Assembly (NCBI GenBank): GCA_030141605.1 | Contig: JAQGDQ010000374.1 | Coordinates: 1-59,043 of the forward strand | From: Tubiluchus corallicola | Taxonomy: Eukaryota > Animalia > Priapulida | Reading direction: 5' to 3' | DNA length: 59,043 nt | Shown: positions 1 through 12,241 of the stretch, one piece after another | Layout of the letters: each line of letters begins with the position of its first letter | Position numbering within the stretch: the first letter of the stretch is position 1 | The notes under the pieces: generated by a model | Databases searched by the model: none | Told to the model about the DNA's origin: nothing | The model's input: only the letters and a program-made list of their open reading frames with translations | Made by a program: the position numbers and the translations under genes

Positions 1-368
1 AACTTCAACTCCGTATCTTTTTGACTGTTTAAATTTGGAAAATTTGCACGGTTTCTCTGTTACACATCACTACCTTTGGTGACAAGATTTTCCAATAAGT
101 CATTCAGACATTTAGCAATGCATCAGTGAATAGCAAAAATTCTGCAAATGTTAGTTTATTTGCTGAAATTGGTTTGTTTAGTGAATGGAGTAGTTTTATT
201 AGACCATGTTTTTTGCTTATCTCAACCGGGCTCTGCAGTTCTGTTTTCATGGTATACCCAGAACAACCAATCTAAGTCATGTATAAGTTTATTAGAGGGT
301 TTCATAGCATCATTTTCACTTTGTTAGGCAAAGCGTACTCTCCTTGTTATGTCATAATTTTCAAATGA

Positions 369-676
369 ATGGCGGCAACCACCACGCCTGAAATTTCTAT
401 TCATAGGTATATTTTAAATTTATGCTTTATAGGCAGTGCAAATATGTTTGTTATATTTCTCTAAGTTTAAGTGATAACAGTAAAATAAACCTAATATACT
501 GAGTGACTTGTTCTTTTCTTTAACTACATGTTGTTAGTTTGCTTAGAGGCACGAGAATACGAGCAAGTTCTTCAACTAATATTCCATCAGTTATGTCACC
601 GAAAACTCATCTGGAGTTAGACGAAAATGACAGATTACAAGTGCGCTCGCACGCTCGTTCTACACCAACGTTATGA
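369..676 (+). CDS. Candidate two-exon 55-aa microprotein (coding exons 369-406 and 547-676): MAATTTPEISIHRGTRIRASSSTNIPSVMSPKTHLELDENDRLQVRSHARSTPTL
   Basis: Acceptor ttgttag at 326-327; ATGGCG at 369 with an in-frame TGA directly upstream; donor AG|gtatat at 407; acceptor gcttag at 546; phases join into an open frame ending TGA 674-676. No homolog recognised. Confidence 0.45.
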
Positions 677-1376
677 CGAGTCACCTATCAGAAGTTGAAC
701 GGGTACTACAGCGATTCTTGTATTCTCTTACATAGTCTTTTTCAGTTGTGATATTTCTGACTGTATCCCCACCAAATCCATCTTTATTTATATACTTATA
801 TTTAAAATTGATGTCCAGACACATGGGTTTCTTGGTCCAGATACTACGGTCTGTGGAACAAGTATTGTGGTTGAATTGTAATACAGTTAAATTAAAGCGA
901 TGCTCTTTTGTTTTGTTTCAGTAAAATGTATTGTCTGTTATACGCAGTCTTTGATCTTGTATTTTGACACTTACAACAGGTTAATGTCCTGTTTAGATAG
1001 CCAGTGTCCAGTGGCTGGTAGTAAGTGTTTACGTGGAGGTGAATCTGATGAGAACATAGTGTAATATTTTGGCTCAGTCTATTAGCTTTCTTTTTTGGAA
1101 ATCTAGGAATAATATTACAATATTACGAATCAACAATTGTCATTGAGTTGACTTTTTGAAATGCTGAGCTAATGGTTCACCACATTCTGCCCTGAGATGG
1201 CTAAACTGCTTGAGTACAATTGATAACTCAGCTTTAAATAAGTGACAGGCTAAAACACTCATATTACTAATGTTAACTTGTTTTTTTGATATGTCAGACC
1301 AATACTTTACATTCTATTGATAATTACAAAAATTACGCAGACTTTTATGATAGCATTAGAATTTTCTTGTATTTAA

Positions 1377-1878
1377 AGGAAACCGGATGATTGTATGAAC
1401 ATTAGTTCAGAATGAAGAATGCTCTAAAATATTGAAAACTACAATAGCTTTTTTTAAATCAAAGCTTAGATGAAATAATAATTACCTCAGATACTCAAAT
1501 TTCTACTAAGATTGGCAGCGGCGCATTTTTGTCACATTCACGTGGCCAACAAATAGAAGACGGTACCGTGATAAGCAGGATCATGAACTGCAGTGTTAGT
1601 TTCTGACATCATATGATGCAGAGCCCATTTCTGGTGACATCATACATTTAAACAGTACTGTAACACTTATGCAAATGTGTTTGGCGCGCAAGGGAAAATG
1701 CCTGCCATTGCACAAACTGTGGTTAGTTTCTGTCGTAAGCAATAGAGCTGTGTTCAGTTGCCGTTAAGCTAATTATTCAAATATAAGGAACAATTGTTAA
1801 CTTTGATAGGCAAGAAAATGTATATTTTGGACAGTAAATTAAAATGAGATTGAGTCTAAACAATCGTCCGGTCTTCCT
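1377..1878. mobile_element. Non-autonomous DNA transposon, Kolobok-like (TTAA target, AGG...CCT termini), copy 1
   Basis: ttaa|aggaaaccggatgattgt ... acaatcgtccggtcttcct|ttaa; an inverted homologous copy lies at 5174-5721. Confidence 0.75.
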
Positions 1879-1957
1879 TTAAGACTCGAAATGTTCTGCT
1901 TTGCACAAACATGTCATTCCTTAAAACCTCAGGAGAAATGCAGGCAATGCAAGTAAA

Positions 1958-2045
1958 GGTAAAACAATGCTTATGTAATGTATTGTATTGTAGACTGTCC
2001 CGGTAAAACAATGCTTTTGTAATGTATTGTATTGTTGACTGTCCC
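1958..2045. repeat. 44-bp tandem duplication
   Basis: ggtaaaacaatgctt(a/t)tgtaatgtattgtattgt(a/t)gactgtccc x2. Confidence 0.85.
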
Positions 2046-3100
2046 AGTTTCCACTCATTTGGCCAAATTTGTTCTTATGGCCTCTTCGGTCTGTGGTTTT
2101 AAAAATGATGAATTTTATCTTAGTTCTAGTTTTGTTTTATGTTAGTAATTTTTATATAACTGTGTAAAGATAGTCAACTTTGTAATACGTACTACTATTT
2201 TTAGCACTCATAGACTGAATTGCCTTTTTACAGTAACCAGTTTGTGAAAAATCTGGAGTGATAAATGCTACGTCAAACCAAAATTGTTCAAATTTTCGCT
2301 CAACCGTTGTGATTGTGTCACAAATGTTTTACAGTTGTTTTTTCTAAATACCTGCCAGTACATGTACTTTTGTAGCTTTTTATACTGTGCTAGTTTAGTT
2401 TCATTTAATTTATCATTTGCACAAATATTCAGTGACTTAAAGAATTAAATTACTCGTGTAAGACAATTTCTAAACGGGGGTCTGTAAAACATGTCTGCTG
2501 TTTTTCTGCTCTCATGTATATGCAGACTGGACCAACTGGTATGGTTTAAAAATGTAATGATATTTTCATTCAGACTAATTGTAATTTGCAATGAATTCAG
2601 GAGGAAAGGCAATTATAAAGTTATAGTTTACAAAAGTTTTACGCTCAAAAGCCTTCTATGTGTAATAGGGTTTTTGGTTTTGTTTGGTCAGCACAAATAT
2701 TACCATTTTTTACAATTGCTAAATATTATGTTATTTAAGAAAAAAATTCTTTAAAATCAGTTTTACACCATATACTTTTTATTAATAACATACATACAAC
2801 CAACTATTACTTTCGTAACATCTGACATAATTTTACTGTAGTTTATACCGTGCCGTCCATTTTGAAACTGTGATACAATCTGTGTAAATGGCTTCAGATT
2901 TTGTGTTAAGTGATACTAAGGTTGACTTTTTGATAGAAATGTTGTTCACTGTTAGAAATTTACAAATAAAAATAGTAACATAAAAAAATCTCTCTGCTTT
3001 TTCTTTAAAAAATAAAATCCATTATTACAGTAATAATAACTTAATGTATGCCGACGACACCACGTAAATATAAATAAATGTAGATTAAGAAATACTCTTG

Positions 3101-6100
3101 TCAATTTTCTTTATGGGATATCACGCCTTTTTCGATCATTTCTGGTATCTCGACTGCAAGCCAAGGACCGAGCTAAAAATGAATGAATAAAACTATTTAA
3201 ACAAGTTATAGCATTGCGTTATTGACAAATAGGACGATCGTTTATTTTTCAATAGAGTTTATAAATTACGTAGCGAAACAAACAACACCACTTCCCTGCA
3301 TTAGTTAACTTGATCAAATTCTTAATATAGTCGTTGGTAATACAGTCGTTATGTCTAGAAGAAGTCAGTAAGCAATTTGAATATTGTCTGCCACGTATTG
3401 TCTGCACATATCGCAATGAGAGCTTGTAGATAGATAGATAAGTATGGCCAAGATGGCCGATCAATGTTACAAATACGAAATATACAATTACATCATATTA
3501 TATCATACACATACGCAAATAAATTCTGCCATAGCATGTTCAATTGTTATTTGCTGTGAATGCATAAGATAAGTCAGTGCATCATTATCAGTTAAGTTAC
3601 AAAACTCAGGAATACATTGGATTATGGTATTTAACAAAAAATTACGTGCAACACTGTGTTTCCCACAGTGAAACAAAAAAGGTATTCATTCTCTACTAAA
3701 TTACGTATTTCACATGAATGATTTTCTCTTGGTACATGTGGTCTTTCATATCAGCCAGTCTAGCTATTGCAAGGTTATGACCACTAGGTTCTGAAGCTGA
3801 CATGCATTGTAGCTGCAGTTCAGTTCTGTCCAAACATGTTGTGGAGATCCATTAGAGTTGAATAGAAAATTGTAGAATGTACTATAGTACAGTAGAACCA
3901 ATCTTTTTACCTGTAGAAGGAATCGTAAATTCTAGAACTTTCTATACGCGTAGTCGTTTCTAGATTGTTCTGATGTTGTCCATTTGTACTGATATATAAG
4001 GCGGAGCTGGCTTCTCAAGATTATTCTCAGATTAATCTAAGATACACGCTTTCTTGCTTACATGTTTCCAGATTATCACTAGACTGCACATATTTTGAGT
4101 TCCTTCATACTTTGTGTTGTGGAATTCTCACACAATAAACCAGTTTAATTTGACAATGTGTTTTCTCTACGAGCCTTCCGACAGAAAGAAAAACAACTAA
4201 ACATAAATCTCAAATGACCACTGCTTTCAGCTTATCTAACAACGTTTCGTTTAAAATATCTGAAACAAGCATGTCAGGAAAATATCGTATTCATAATTTA
4301 CGGATAGGCAACCGCCAATATAAGGGACACCTCCGGACTGGAAAAAATCGTCCCTTATATCCGATGTCCCTTTTCGCCGAAGTTGAGTCAGACCGAGGGT
4401 GTATCTAGACCTGTACTTTTACCCATATTTTTATGGATTATTGCTACACATTCAGCTCAAACGATATGTAGGAAGCTCCTTCAGTGATATGAGATTTATG
4501 TGACCATGAAAACCGAGCTGTTCGAAGGCCGAGTTTGCGAAAAATTTAAGTTAAAAATCAATCAATTTCGCTTTGATCATAGGGTTCCTTATATGCGAGG
4601 TAATTTACCTGGGTTTCTATTACGCGGGACCTAAAGATATCGTCCCTTATAACCAAAAGTCCCTTATATCCGAGTACGTTATATACGAAGATTTTTACAT
4701 AGGAAAAACGTTACGAAAAATCGGGACCAGTGTTGGTGGTCCCTTATAAGCGAGTACCTTGTACCCGAGGTTGACTGTATTTGGATACTGTATAGGGCAG
4801 GGCTACATTTTGAAAATAACATCCCATATTTTATCAAGTAAATTTTACCAGTGTTGTAACAAACTTTCAACAACTTGTGATGCAAATTCAGAATACAGGG
4901 ATTCAAAACAGACATACCCCTAATGCCATTGCATGTGCAATTCCAAATTTTGGTACGTTCTTTGCCCATAGAGGCTTAAAATGATCTGTTAGGCAAATTT
5001 TTCCTCCCCTGAAAAAGATATTATAATTGTTACTGAAACACATGCATCAGTTAAATGGAAAAGGGCTAAAATGCTTCCTTTTCTCATTAACGGTTGGCAT
5101 TAGTGCATAATTATTGAAAACTACTTGTGTTACTAGCACTATATTAGAATAACAGTTAGTATTACTGCATTAAAGGAAGACTGCACGATTGTTTAGACTC
5201 AATCTCATTTTAACTTACTGCCCAAAATATATATTTTCTTGCCTATAAAAGTTAACAATTGTTCTTTATATTTGAATAATTAGCTTAGAAAGTTAATTAA
5301 CGGCAACTGAACACAGCTATTGCTTACGTCAGAAACTAGTCACAGTTTGTACAATGGCAGGCATCTCCCCTTGTGCTTCAAGCACATTTGCATAAGTGTT
5401 ACTGTACTGCTTAAACACATGATGTCATGAAAATGGGCTCCACATCATATGACGTCAGAAACTAACACTGCAGTTCATGATCATGGTTATCACGGTACAG
5501 CCTTCTATTTGTCGGCCACGCGAATGTGACAAAAAAGCGCCGCTGCCAATCTTAGTAGATTCACTGAGCCGCGCGTAGCTTTGAAAGTTTAACGAAATTT
5601 AAGTATCCGAGGTAGTTATTATTTAATCTAAGCTTTGATTTAAAAAAAACTATTGTAGTTTTCAATATTTTAGAGTATTCTTTATTTTGAACTCGCGTTT
5701 ACACAATCGTCCGGTTTTCCTTTAATAGAAATTATACATTGTTAGCTGTACTTAATGTACAGCAGTAATAAATATTAGATACACCTAATAGAACAACGGA
5801 CACACCTAAACATCTTAGCTGTTTTACCATCTAATTCTGGAAGTGCTATTTCAGGAGCTGTCGATGGAAATGTAACGGGAATCTGTAAAAACATTAAAAC
5901 AAAGCAGCTAAAAACTCATAACATTAACTTTAGTTTGTTGGTGCCCAGAATTTCAAAGTCCAGTTAAGTCAATACATTTTTTGCAATTTGGGTTAATCGA
6001 TTTTGTTTCCTAGTTAATCATCAACAGAACCAAAGTGGTTCTTACTTGACAAAAGACACGACCATGCAGAAAATTTTTTTTTGTTTACAGTTCTTTGCGA

Positions 6101-8460
6101 AACATATATTGAAGCCAGACTGACACAGATTTTGCCCTACGAAAACAGTCACGGATAAACAGTAATCAGATTTTTATTGAAAACTTATTTTGTCACCCAC
6201 ATTTCTCCACAATTTAGGTGGTTTTATCACAAACATTTCTGTGATTCTTGAGAAAATCTGCAGTCTATTTGTTTGCAATTATATTATGTTATGCATTGCA
6301 AGAATGTTTAAACCCGTAAGTAATTTAGTTTCCACCTTGTTTACTGAGAAAAGTAAATACAGTCGACCCTCATTAAACCGGACCCCGTTTAGCCCGGATA
6401 TTGGATAAGACGGACGTCATCCGTGGTAAAGGAAACTGACCGAGCCCGAGCGCTAAGCACAACACGGCCTACCAACTCACCACGAGCCATTAACGGGCCG
6501 AAGCAGCTCGCGGTACCGCCCAGGCTGCTACGATTCCCGCCAAAATTCAGTTTGCTTACCCCATCGAAAGCACTCGCTAATTTCTTTATCCTCACAGGTT
6601 AACTATATTAAAGTAATGTACAGTATAGTATATAGTGCAATGTATATAGGCCTTATTAAGGTGTTTATTCCTGTATAATATAGACCGTATATAGGCATAT
6701 CGGATAAATCGGACAATCGGCTAAACCGGACCCCCCCCAATTAGTCCGGTTTAACGAGGGTTGACTGTACTGCAGCAAAAGCATTAAATTCATCACAATA
6801 AACACAGGCTACACTGTAATTCAAGAGACCACTATCAAGGTGACATATAGATACTTACATCAAATTCCACATCGAATTCATATTTTAACAAGTTGTGAAT
6901 GTACCAGCATTTGCCAAACCATCTCGTTCCGTCTTTATTAGATTCCAGGCGAAACCAGTCATTGTCTGCTGCTTTGTTGTTATTTACATACTGAAAATGG
7001 GGCAGTTTTCTATTATTATTTTAGCTTGATGATATAGTTTTAATTTACATTAGCAATTTGTTTTTTCAAACCAAAAAAAAACTCTTTCAAAAAAGCTAGA
7101 CTGACTGCCGAGTGTCCGATCAATCTTATAGATGACGCATTTCATTTTAATCGTTAATAAATATTTAATTTATTTAAATATAATACCAGATTAATATGAA
7201 CAATGCTGTAAACATTAGTTTTGTGTAATCGAGATATCATTAAAGTTCTGTGTGCATCGATACAGAAAGATACACTGCAAGCTTAGTTTACCGGTCACTC
7301 GTACCTCTGTACGAATGACTTTGGCATGTTCTCACGCAGACTTTCTGGGTGAATGAGTGTTAAATTTGTGCCCTTTACATCATAAGATGCATGAGTGCTT
7401 CTACGAATCATATTGTAGATAGCAGAACTACACTAATGTCTTAGTTTGCTGGACAAAAGTAGAGAGACGTTGGCCGGAATTTGCCGAATGTCCGTATTTA
7501 CCGATACTAAGCTAATACAGTAGGCGCCGTGCATTAGACTAATGGTAATGTAGAATCAATCACCTAATTGTCTCAAAGTATGGGCCGCTCCTATGGAAAA
7601 GTATATTAAAACTGTCGGCAATTGACTCAAATAGCTCTGAACAATTAACGCTATAATTGACTTTATAATTGGCTCCTATTAAACCACTAAAACACGTTGA
7701 CATACAAGCTACACATGTATCGTTACAAGCTGCTTGGTTACACTGATGCAATGATGTAGACAAAGTGACGGCCCACCAACTAGACTGTGTCTGTAGTATG
7801 TGGGACTTTTTAACAGTTCAGATTTTGTCCGATTCTTCTGACATCAGTAAAAGTGAGGTCCGGCAAACCGAGATATAAGTGTGCTAAATAATTATGGCAG
7901 TGATGGTAAAGAAAGCCAGGTGGTTTGCAAACTTGCAAACTGAAATTTGACACATGCGTAGTTGTGGAAAACTTAAAATGCATGTAACACACACCTAATA
8001 TGCGAGAGTCCACAGTTCTCCTATTAATATATATGATAAGTGCTAATAATGAGTTTTTCTTTTGTTGCACAAATTGCAACTAGGTATCATTGTATCTTTC
8101 AAAATAATTTCTCGTATCATCAAAAAACTGAGTGTCACTAATATCTTACTGCTGGAAAACGTAGGCCCTACTGAGTATTGTAATTGTATTGCTAAATTTG
8201 TACGGTTTGACAGCCCAGCCTATTATAAGTATCCATAATTCTATATCCTTATTTCAAAATCCATTGTAAAGATACTTTGTCAGTTCAGGTAGATTAGCAG
8301 AAATACACGAACAAGCTTTAAGTAACATAGCAAGTTAAACCTTTATCAAGGCCTGGTATTCTTCTTTTAAACGTTGCACCCATAGATCAGAATCTCGTGG
8401 TCCAGCGTTTGTTTTTAACAACGGAATGTTGCTCAAAGTCTTTTTAGTAGCTTCGTCCAT
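3101..8460 (-). CDS. UFC1: Ubiquitin-fold modifier-conjugating enzyme 1 (UFM1 E2), 163 aa. Coding exons 8460-8341, 6990-6859, 5882-5806, 5008-4918, 3172-3101
   Basis: Manual splicing at GT-AG sites gives [163 protein letters not shown]. This matches animal UFC1, including the TAK motif and catalytic Cys in GGKICL; phases are consistent. Confidence 0.97.
3837..4183 (+). mobile_element. Probable solo LTR in UFC1 intron 4, antisense to UFC1
   Basis: TG...CA ends, TAGAA-rich U3-like segment, TATATAAG at 3993-4000, AATAAA at 4134-4139; no clean TSD found, so the ends are approximate. Confidence 0.45.
4290..4777. mobile_element. Tc1/pogo-type MITE remnant
   Basis: Ends ...cgaggttgactg|ta with repeated cccttata subterminal motifs; the same family end recurs at ~47544-47645; left boundary approximate. 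Confidence 0.6.
5174..5721. mobile_element. Kolobok-like non-autonomous element, copy 2 (inverted relative to copy 1), in UFC1 intron 3
   Basis: ttaa|aggaagactgcacgattgt ... acaatcgtccggttttcct|ttaa; reverse complement of 1377-1878. Confidence 0.75.
6360..6767. mobile_element. Tc1/mariner-pogo-type MITE in UFC1 intron 2
   Basis: TA|cagtcgaccctcattaaaccggac ... gtccggtttaacgagggttgactg|TA; ~24-bp TIR and TA target duplication. Confidence 0.85.
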
Positions 8461-8716
8461 TACACGAGTCAATGAATAACAAATTTATAAATTGAACTAG
8501 CACAATAAATTATTTTTAAGCACGGCAGTTATCGCAAAGTAAACTGCATAATGCTCAACCGTGTCTGGGTACTTTGCGTTGAGCGCACAGAATTGTGGGC
8601 ATGATTCGGATTTTGCGAACAGGACTATGGGTACGCGCGAAATTCAAGACTGTTGTGGTATCCGATGTGAATGATTGCGTTCGAGTGATCAAACAACATG
8701 AATTGGATACTACAAC

Positions 8717-9113
8717 TAGGGGTGAGCATCGAACGCTCGAATTCGATTCGAACGAGTTTTTTTTAGTTCGAACTCGATTCGAATCCAAAACTATAGATTC
8801 GAATAATTCAGCATTTCACTCACACATGGTCTTTATCATTAAAACGATTGAAACATCATGCAATTAGCATAATTTAGCTGTGATTTCTGCACACAATTTT
8901 AAAGAGATTAACAGTCGTTTGGTTGCAGAACAAAATCTAGTGATATGCATGATCTTTGTAAGACTAATTTTTGCTGGTGGTTCGAAAACTTGTTCGAAAA
9001 TCTTTCGATCTCAATTCGAATTCGAAACACTGAAGTTCGATTCGATTCGAATTCGAAAGTCACAAATTCGGTTCGATTCGAATTCGCTTTCTAGTAGAGA
9101 ATGCTCAGCCCTA
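8717..9113. mobile_element. hAT-type MITE rich in TTCGAA subterminal repeats, copy 1
   Basis: TIR taggggtgagcat / atgctcagcccta; perfect 8-bp TSD actacaac at 8709-8716 and 9114-9121. Confidence 0.9.
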
Positions 9114-9557
9114 ACTACAACTCATTATGTAGTTGAGTCGCAGCAGAAGCGATTTAGCGATGACGTCAGTAAGTGTCTATAGTCTTGGAGTACAATAGTG
9201 TCATAGCCAAGTGAGTTGTGGCACATGGTAGGGGTTTGCAAATTATATGTTAATAATAATTAGTAAAATATTTTGAAAAGAAAGGCAGTGTTAGCCTAAA
9301 TTGCTTTAAGCATTAAGAAATAAAGAAAGAAGTCCGTACTATTGAATCTGTCTGAGAAGAAAGATATTCTGAATTACAGAGAATCGAATTATGTAGAGTC
9401 TTTTGAGTTTTGTTGTCTGAATTCTGCAATAATACTAGTAGTAGTACTATTGTAATAGTCATTCAGGGGCCTATATTCATAAACACTGCATATGATAGGA
9501 AAAACTACTATGACATAATATGAAACATGTCCACTATGTTAAGATAATACGTTTCAG

Positions 9558-9733
9558 AAATGGAGCAATGCTTATAGGCCAGCAGAACTCCTCTTGGCTG
9601 TGAACACCAATAACGGTGTAGAGAGGATGAACGAGGATCTGAAATATGGATTTCTCAGCAAGAGGCGGCAGTGCTCTTTAAGTGAACTGCTGGATGTTCT
9701 AATAACACACTTTCTGCCAGCAAAATATCAGCC
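9558..9733 (+). pseudogene. Mutator/MULE-like transposase exon remnant
   Basis: After acceptor tttcag the frame reads KWSNAYRPAELLLAVNTNNGVERMNEDLKYGFLSKRRQCSLSELLDVL; TNNxxExxN...LK is typical of the MULE catalytic-Glu region. Confidence 0.65.
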
Positions 9734-11323
9734 GTACTATTTTTTAAAAGTTCATCTACCATATCTGTTATTATTTTTCATTGAACATTTCATTGAAAGT
9801 TCTACAAGCCACCATTTCCCATGTGCAGGAAAACTACAGATGTTCAGGTGCCATTCCCAGACTCATTTGCCTAAACTGAAAAAGCCTCATTACAAAAACT
9901 AGTAGTTCCTGATGAATGTGACTCACAGGTGCTTATACAATTTCGTATTTGGTTTTTTATTTGCACAGTTTAGTGTGTGTTGTGTGCTTCAGTGTATTAC
10001 CATACATTTTCATTGTAGACATTTTTACGTTGATGTGTTACAGATGATTATAATTTATTAACATCATAATCTGTATATCATTAATGTATCGCTTATTAAC
10101 TTTCACAAACTTGTGCAATTTAACTTGCTTCTAACTAACTTACTGCAAGTCAATTAACATGTAATGATACTTTAATCGCATTTAGTTAGCTGACCGATTA
10201 GATTAGAGCTGCTAAAAGTCCTGAATGCATTTGAGAAATTGCACTACATACCTAAAATTGCTCCATGTATTCGAATGTACCCATTTACGGTATTTGTTAT
10301 TGCATGTCTTTTGGACTCTGGGTTTATTGCATATGCTTTGGGTGGCCCTACATATGCAAGGAGACAGTTCACCTTCTGTAACAGTCTTTCCTCTTCGAAA
10401 AATATGCTTGTCACCTTTACTCGCCTAATATTTCTGTACTCACTTCAAATTACTGTTTTATTAATAGGCAGTATATTTCAGTTACTTTTTAAAAGGTTTA
10501 AAGCTATCAACGGTGACTGTTAATTTGGCAACTAATTGTTATTCATAAATAATTTCAATTTTAAATGAATGCAGTTATGAAATTTTTACTGTGGTACTGC
10601 CCCTTACTAATGAAAAGTTTTTCCACACAGAAAATAACGGAGAGAGTTATCATAAGTTTTTGCAAGTTCACTATTCTGTTCTGCAAAACATATAAATAGC
10701 CAATGATTAATACATTTCTCAGATATTTTTCAGCTATCCGTGGGCAGTTTCTTGTATACATATTCTAGTAGACTTGTAAAACATGGCTTTTTTGTCTGTC
10801 AGCACAGCAGTTATTAGTGTATTTACAGAGCAGCACTCTAAGGAATGCTACATACAATTGCTGCCTTGTTTGCTTGTGTTATTGCTATTAGCCTGTTGAA
10901 TATTTTACACATTTTATAATAACTACTGCCAATACTTATTGCATCAGCTGGACTGCTAATGCATGTTTGCTAAAGCAAAGGCTTGCATAATCATTAGTGA
11001 ATTACGTAGGCTATTGCAATTTGTGAGTGGTTAGTGGCTGTTGGGAATGATTGGCAAAAGAAAGTATTGTGATTATAGGTCAGTTTATATCGAAATGATA
11101 TTCAGTTTTTTGGTTATGACATTGGAAGCAAAACCTTTTTCTTTGTGGTAATGTGCATTTACGATAAGATCTCTCAAAACAGTCACTCAAAGGACATTGC
11201 TTAATTTCTGCCTCTCAGTGTAGCTCTTAACTATACATTGGGTGTAATATACATGTGTATTCTGCTAAAGAGGTTCTTGTTGCAAATGGAACAGTTGAAA
11301 AAGCTAATCATTTTTGAACTAAA

Positions 11324-12241
11324 ATGAATAATGGCACTAATCAGAGTGTAACTAGCAACACCTTTATACTCGCAACTGCATTTTTTAGCACATTCTTCAT
11401 AATTATTGGACTCATCATCATTGTTCTAAATATTCTTGTTGTCACTGCTGTTCTCAGATATAAAAAGTTGCAAACAATGTCAAATTGGCTGGTGCTTAAT
11501 CTGTCAGTGGGTGATGGATTGCTCGGCAGCATGGCATTGATGCTTGTAGACGGCGTCTTGCACATGAATGTTGTTTCTGCAAATAAGTGCTTATTTCTTG
11601 TGGTGTTCTCACATATTTGTGGCACATGTTCAGTCACAACCCTTATTGCGATCACAGCAGAACGTTATATTGCAATAGTACATCCATTTTTCCTTCCAAA
11701 AATACAATCTTTGCACATTGTTATTCTCATTACTATGACGTGGATATGGGCAGCATTTTTTGGATCGATAATTTTATATGGACATCGCATGACAAGTCCA
11801 CTTGTCTATTGTTCTTATTACAATGTGATACATCCGAAGTATTTCATTGCTGTTAACATATATGGTATCGCAGCAATGTTGTTTGTTTTCACTGGCTATG
11901 CAAGGATTATGTTAATTGCAAATCGTCACCAAAGACAGATTAATCCAGTTTCACAACAGAGTTCTCAGATACTGCAAAACATCAAGTCTGCAAAGATAAT
12001 GTTCGTTGTTGCAGGGACGTTTGCAATCTGCTGGATACCAATGAATATAACAGGCATGTTTTTCATGTATGCCACGGACAGAAAAGAAAACTTCTATGTG
12101 GAGCTTTTTTGCTATGCTATGGCTTTTATTAACTCAATGGCCAATCCATTGATATATGCTTGGAAACACAAACATTTTAAGCTAAGCTTTACACACATGT
12201 TGACTTGTAAATCAGGAGAGCCAAATTTCAAATCCTTTTAA
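11324..12241 (+). CDS. Intronless class A (rhodopsin-like) GPCR, 305 aa, loosely adenosine/aminergic receptor-like; ligand unknown
   Basis: Seven hydrophobic segments; N-glycosylation sequons NGT/NQS; TM1 N, TM2 LSVGD, ERY (DRY variant), TM6 FAICWIP, TM7 NPLIY. Confidence 0.93.
   Translation: MNNGTNQSVTSNTFILATAFFSTFFIIIGLIIIVLNILVVTAVLRYKKLQTMSNWLVLNLSVGDGLLGSMALMLVDGVLHMNVVSANKCLFLVVFSHICGTCSVTTLIAITAERYIAIVHPFFLPKIQSLHIVILITMTWIWAAFFGSIILYGHRMTSPLVYCSYYNVIHPKYFIAVNIYGIAAMLFVFTGYARIMLIANRHQRQINPVSQQSSQILQNIKSAKIMFVVAGTFAICWIPMNITGMFFMYATDRKENFYVELFCYAMAFINSMANPLIYAWKHKHFKLSFTHMLTCKSGEPNFKSF

Noticed and set aside
7290-7945. Coding-looking, Cys-rich sequence in UFC1 intron 1
   Set aside because: All frames checked are interrupted by stops and no family could be recognised
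8555-9182. ORFs of 77-100 aa upstream of UFC1
   Set aside because: They overlap the hAT MITE; chance frames
10225-10761. Short ORFs that recur at 13148-13444 and 14100-14426
   Set aside because: Recurrence is due to the segmental duplication, and the frames are not preserved between copies
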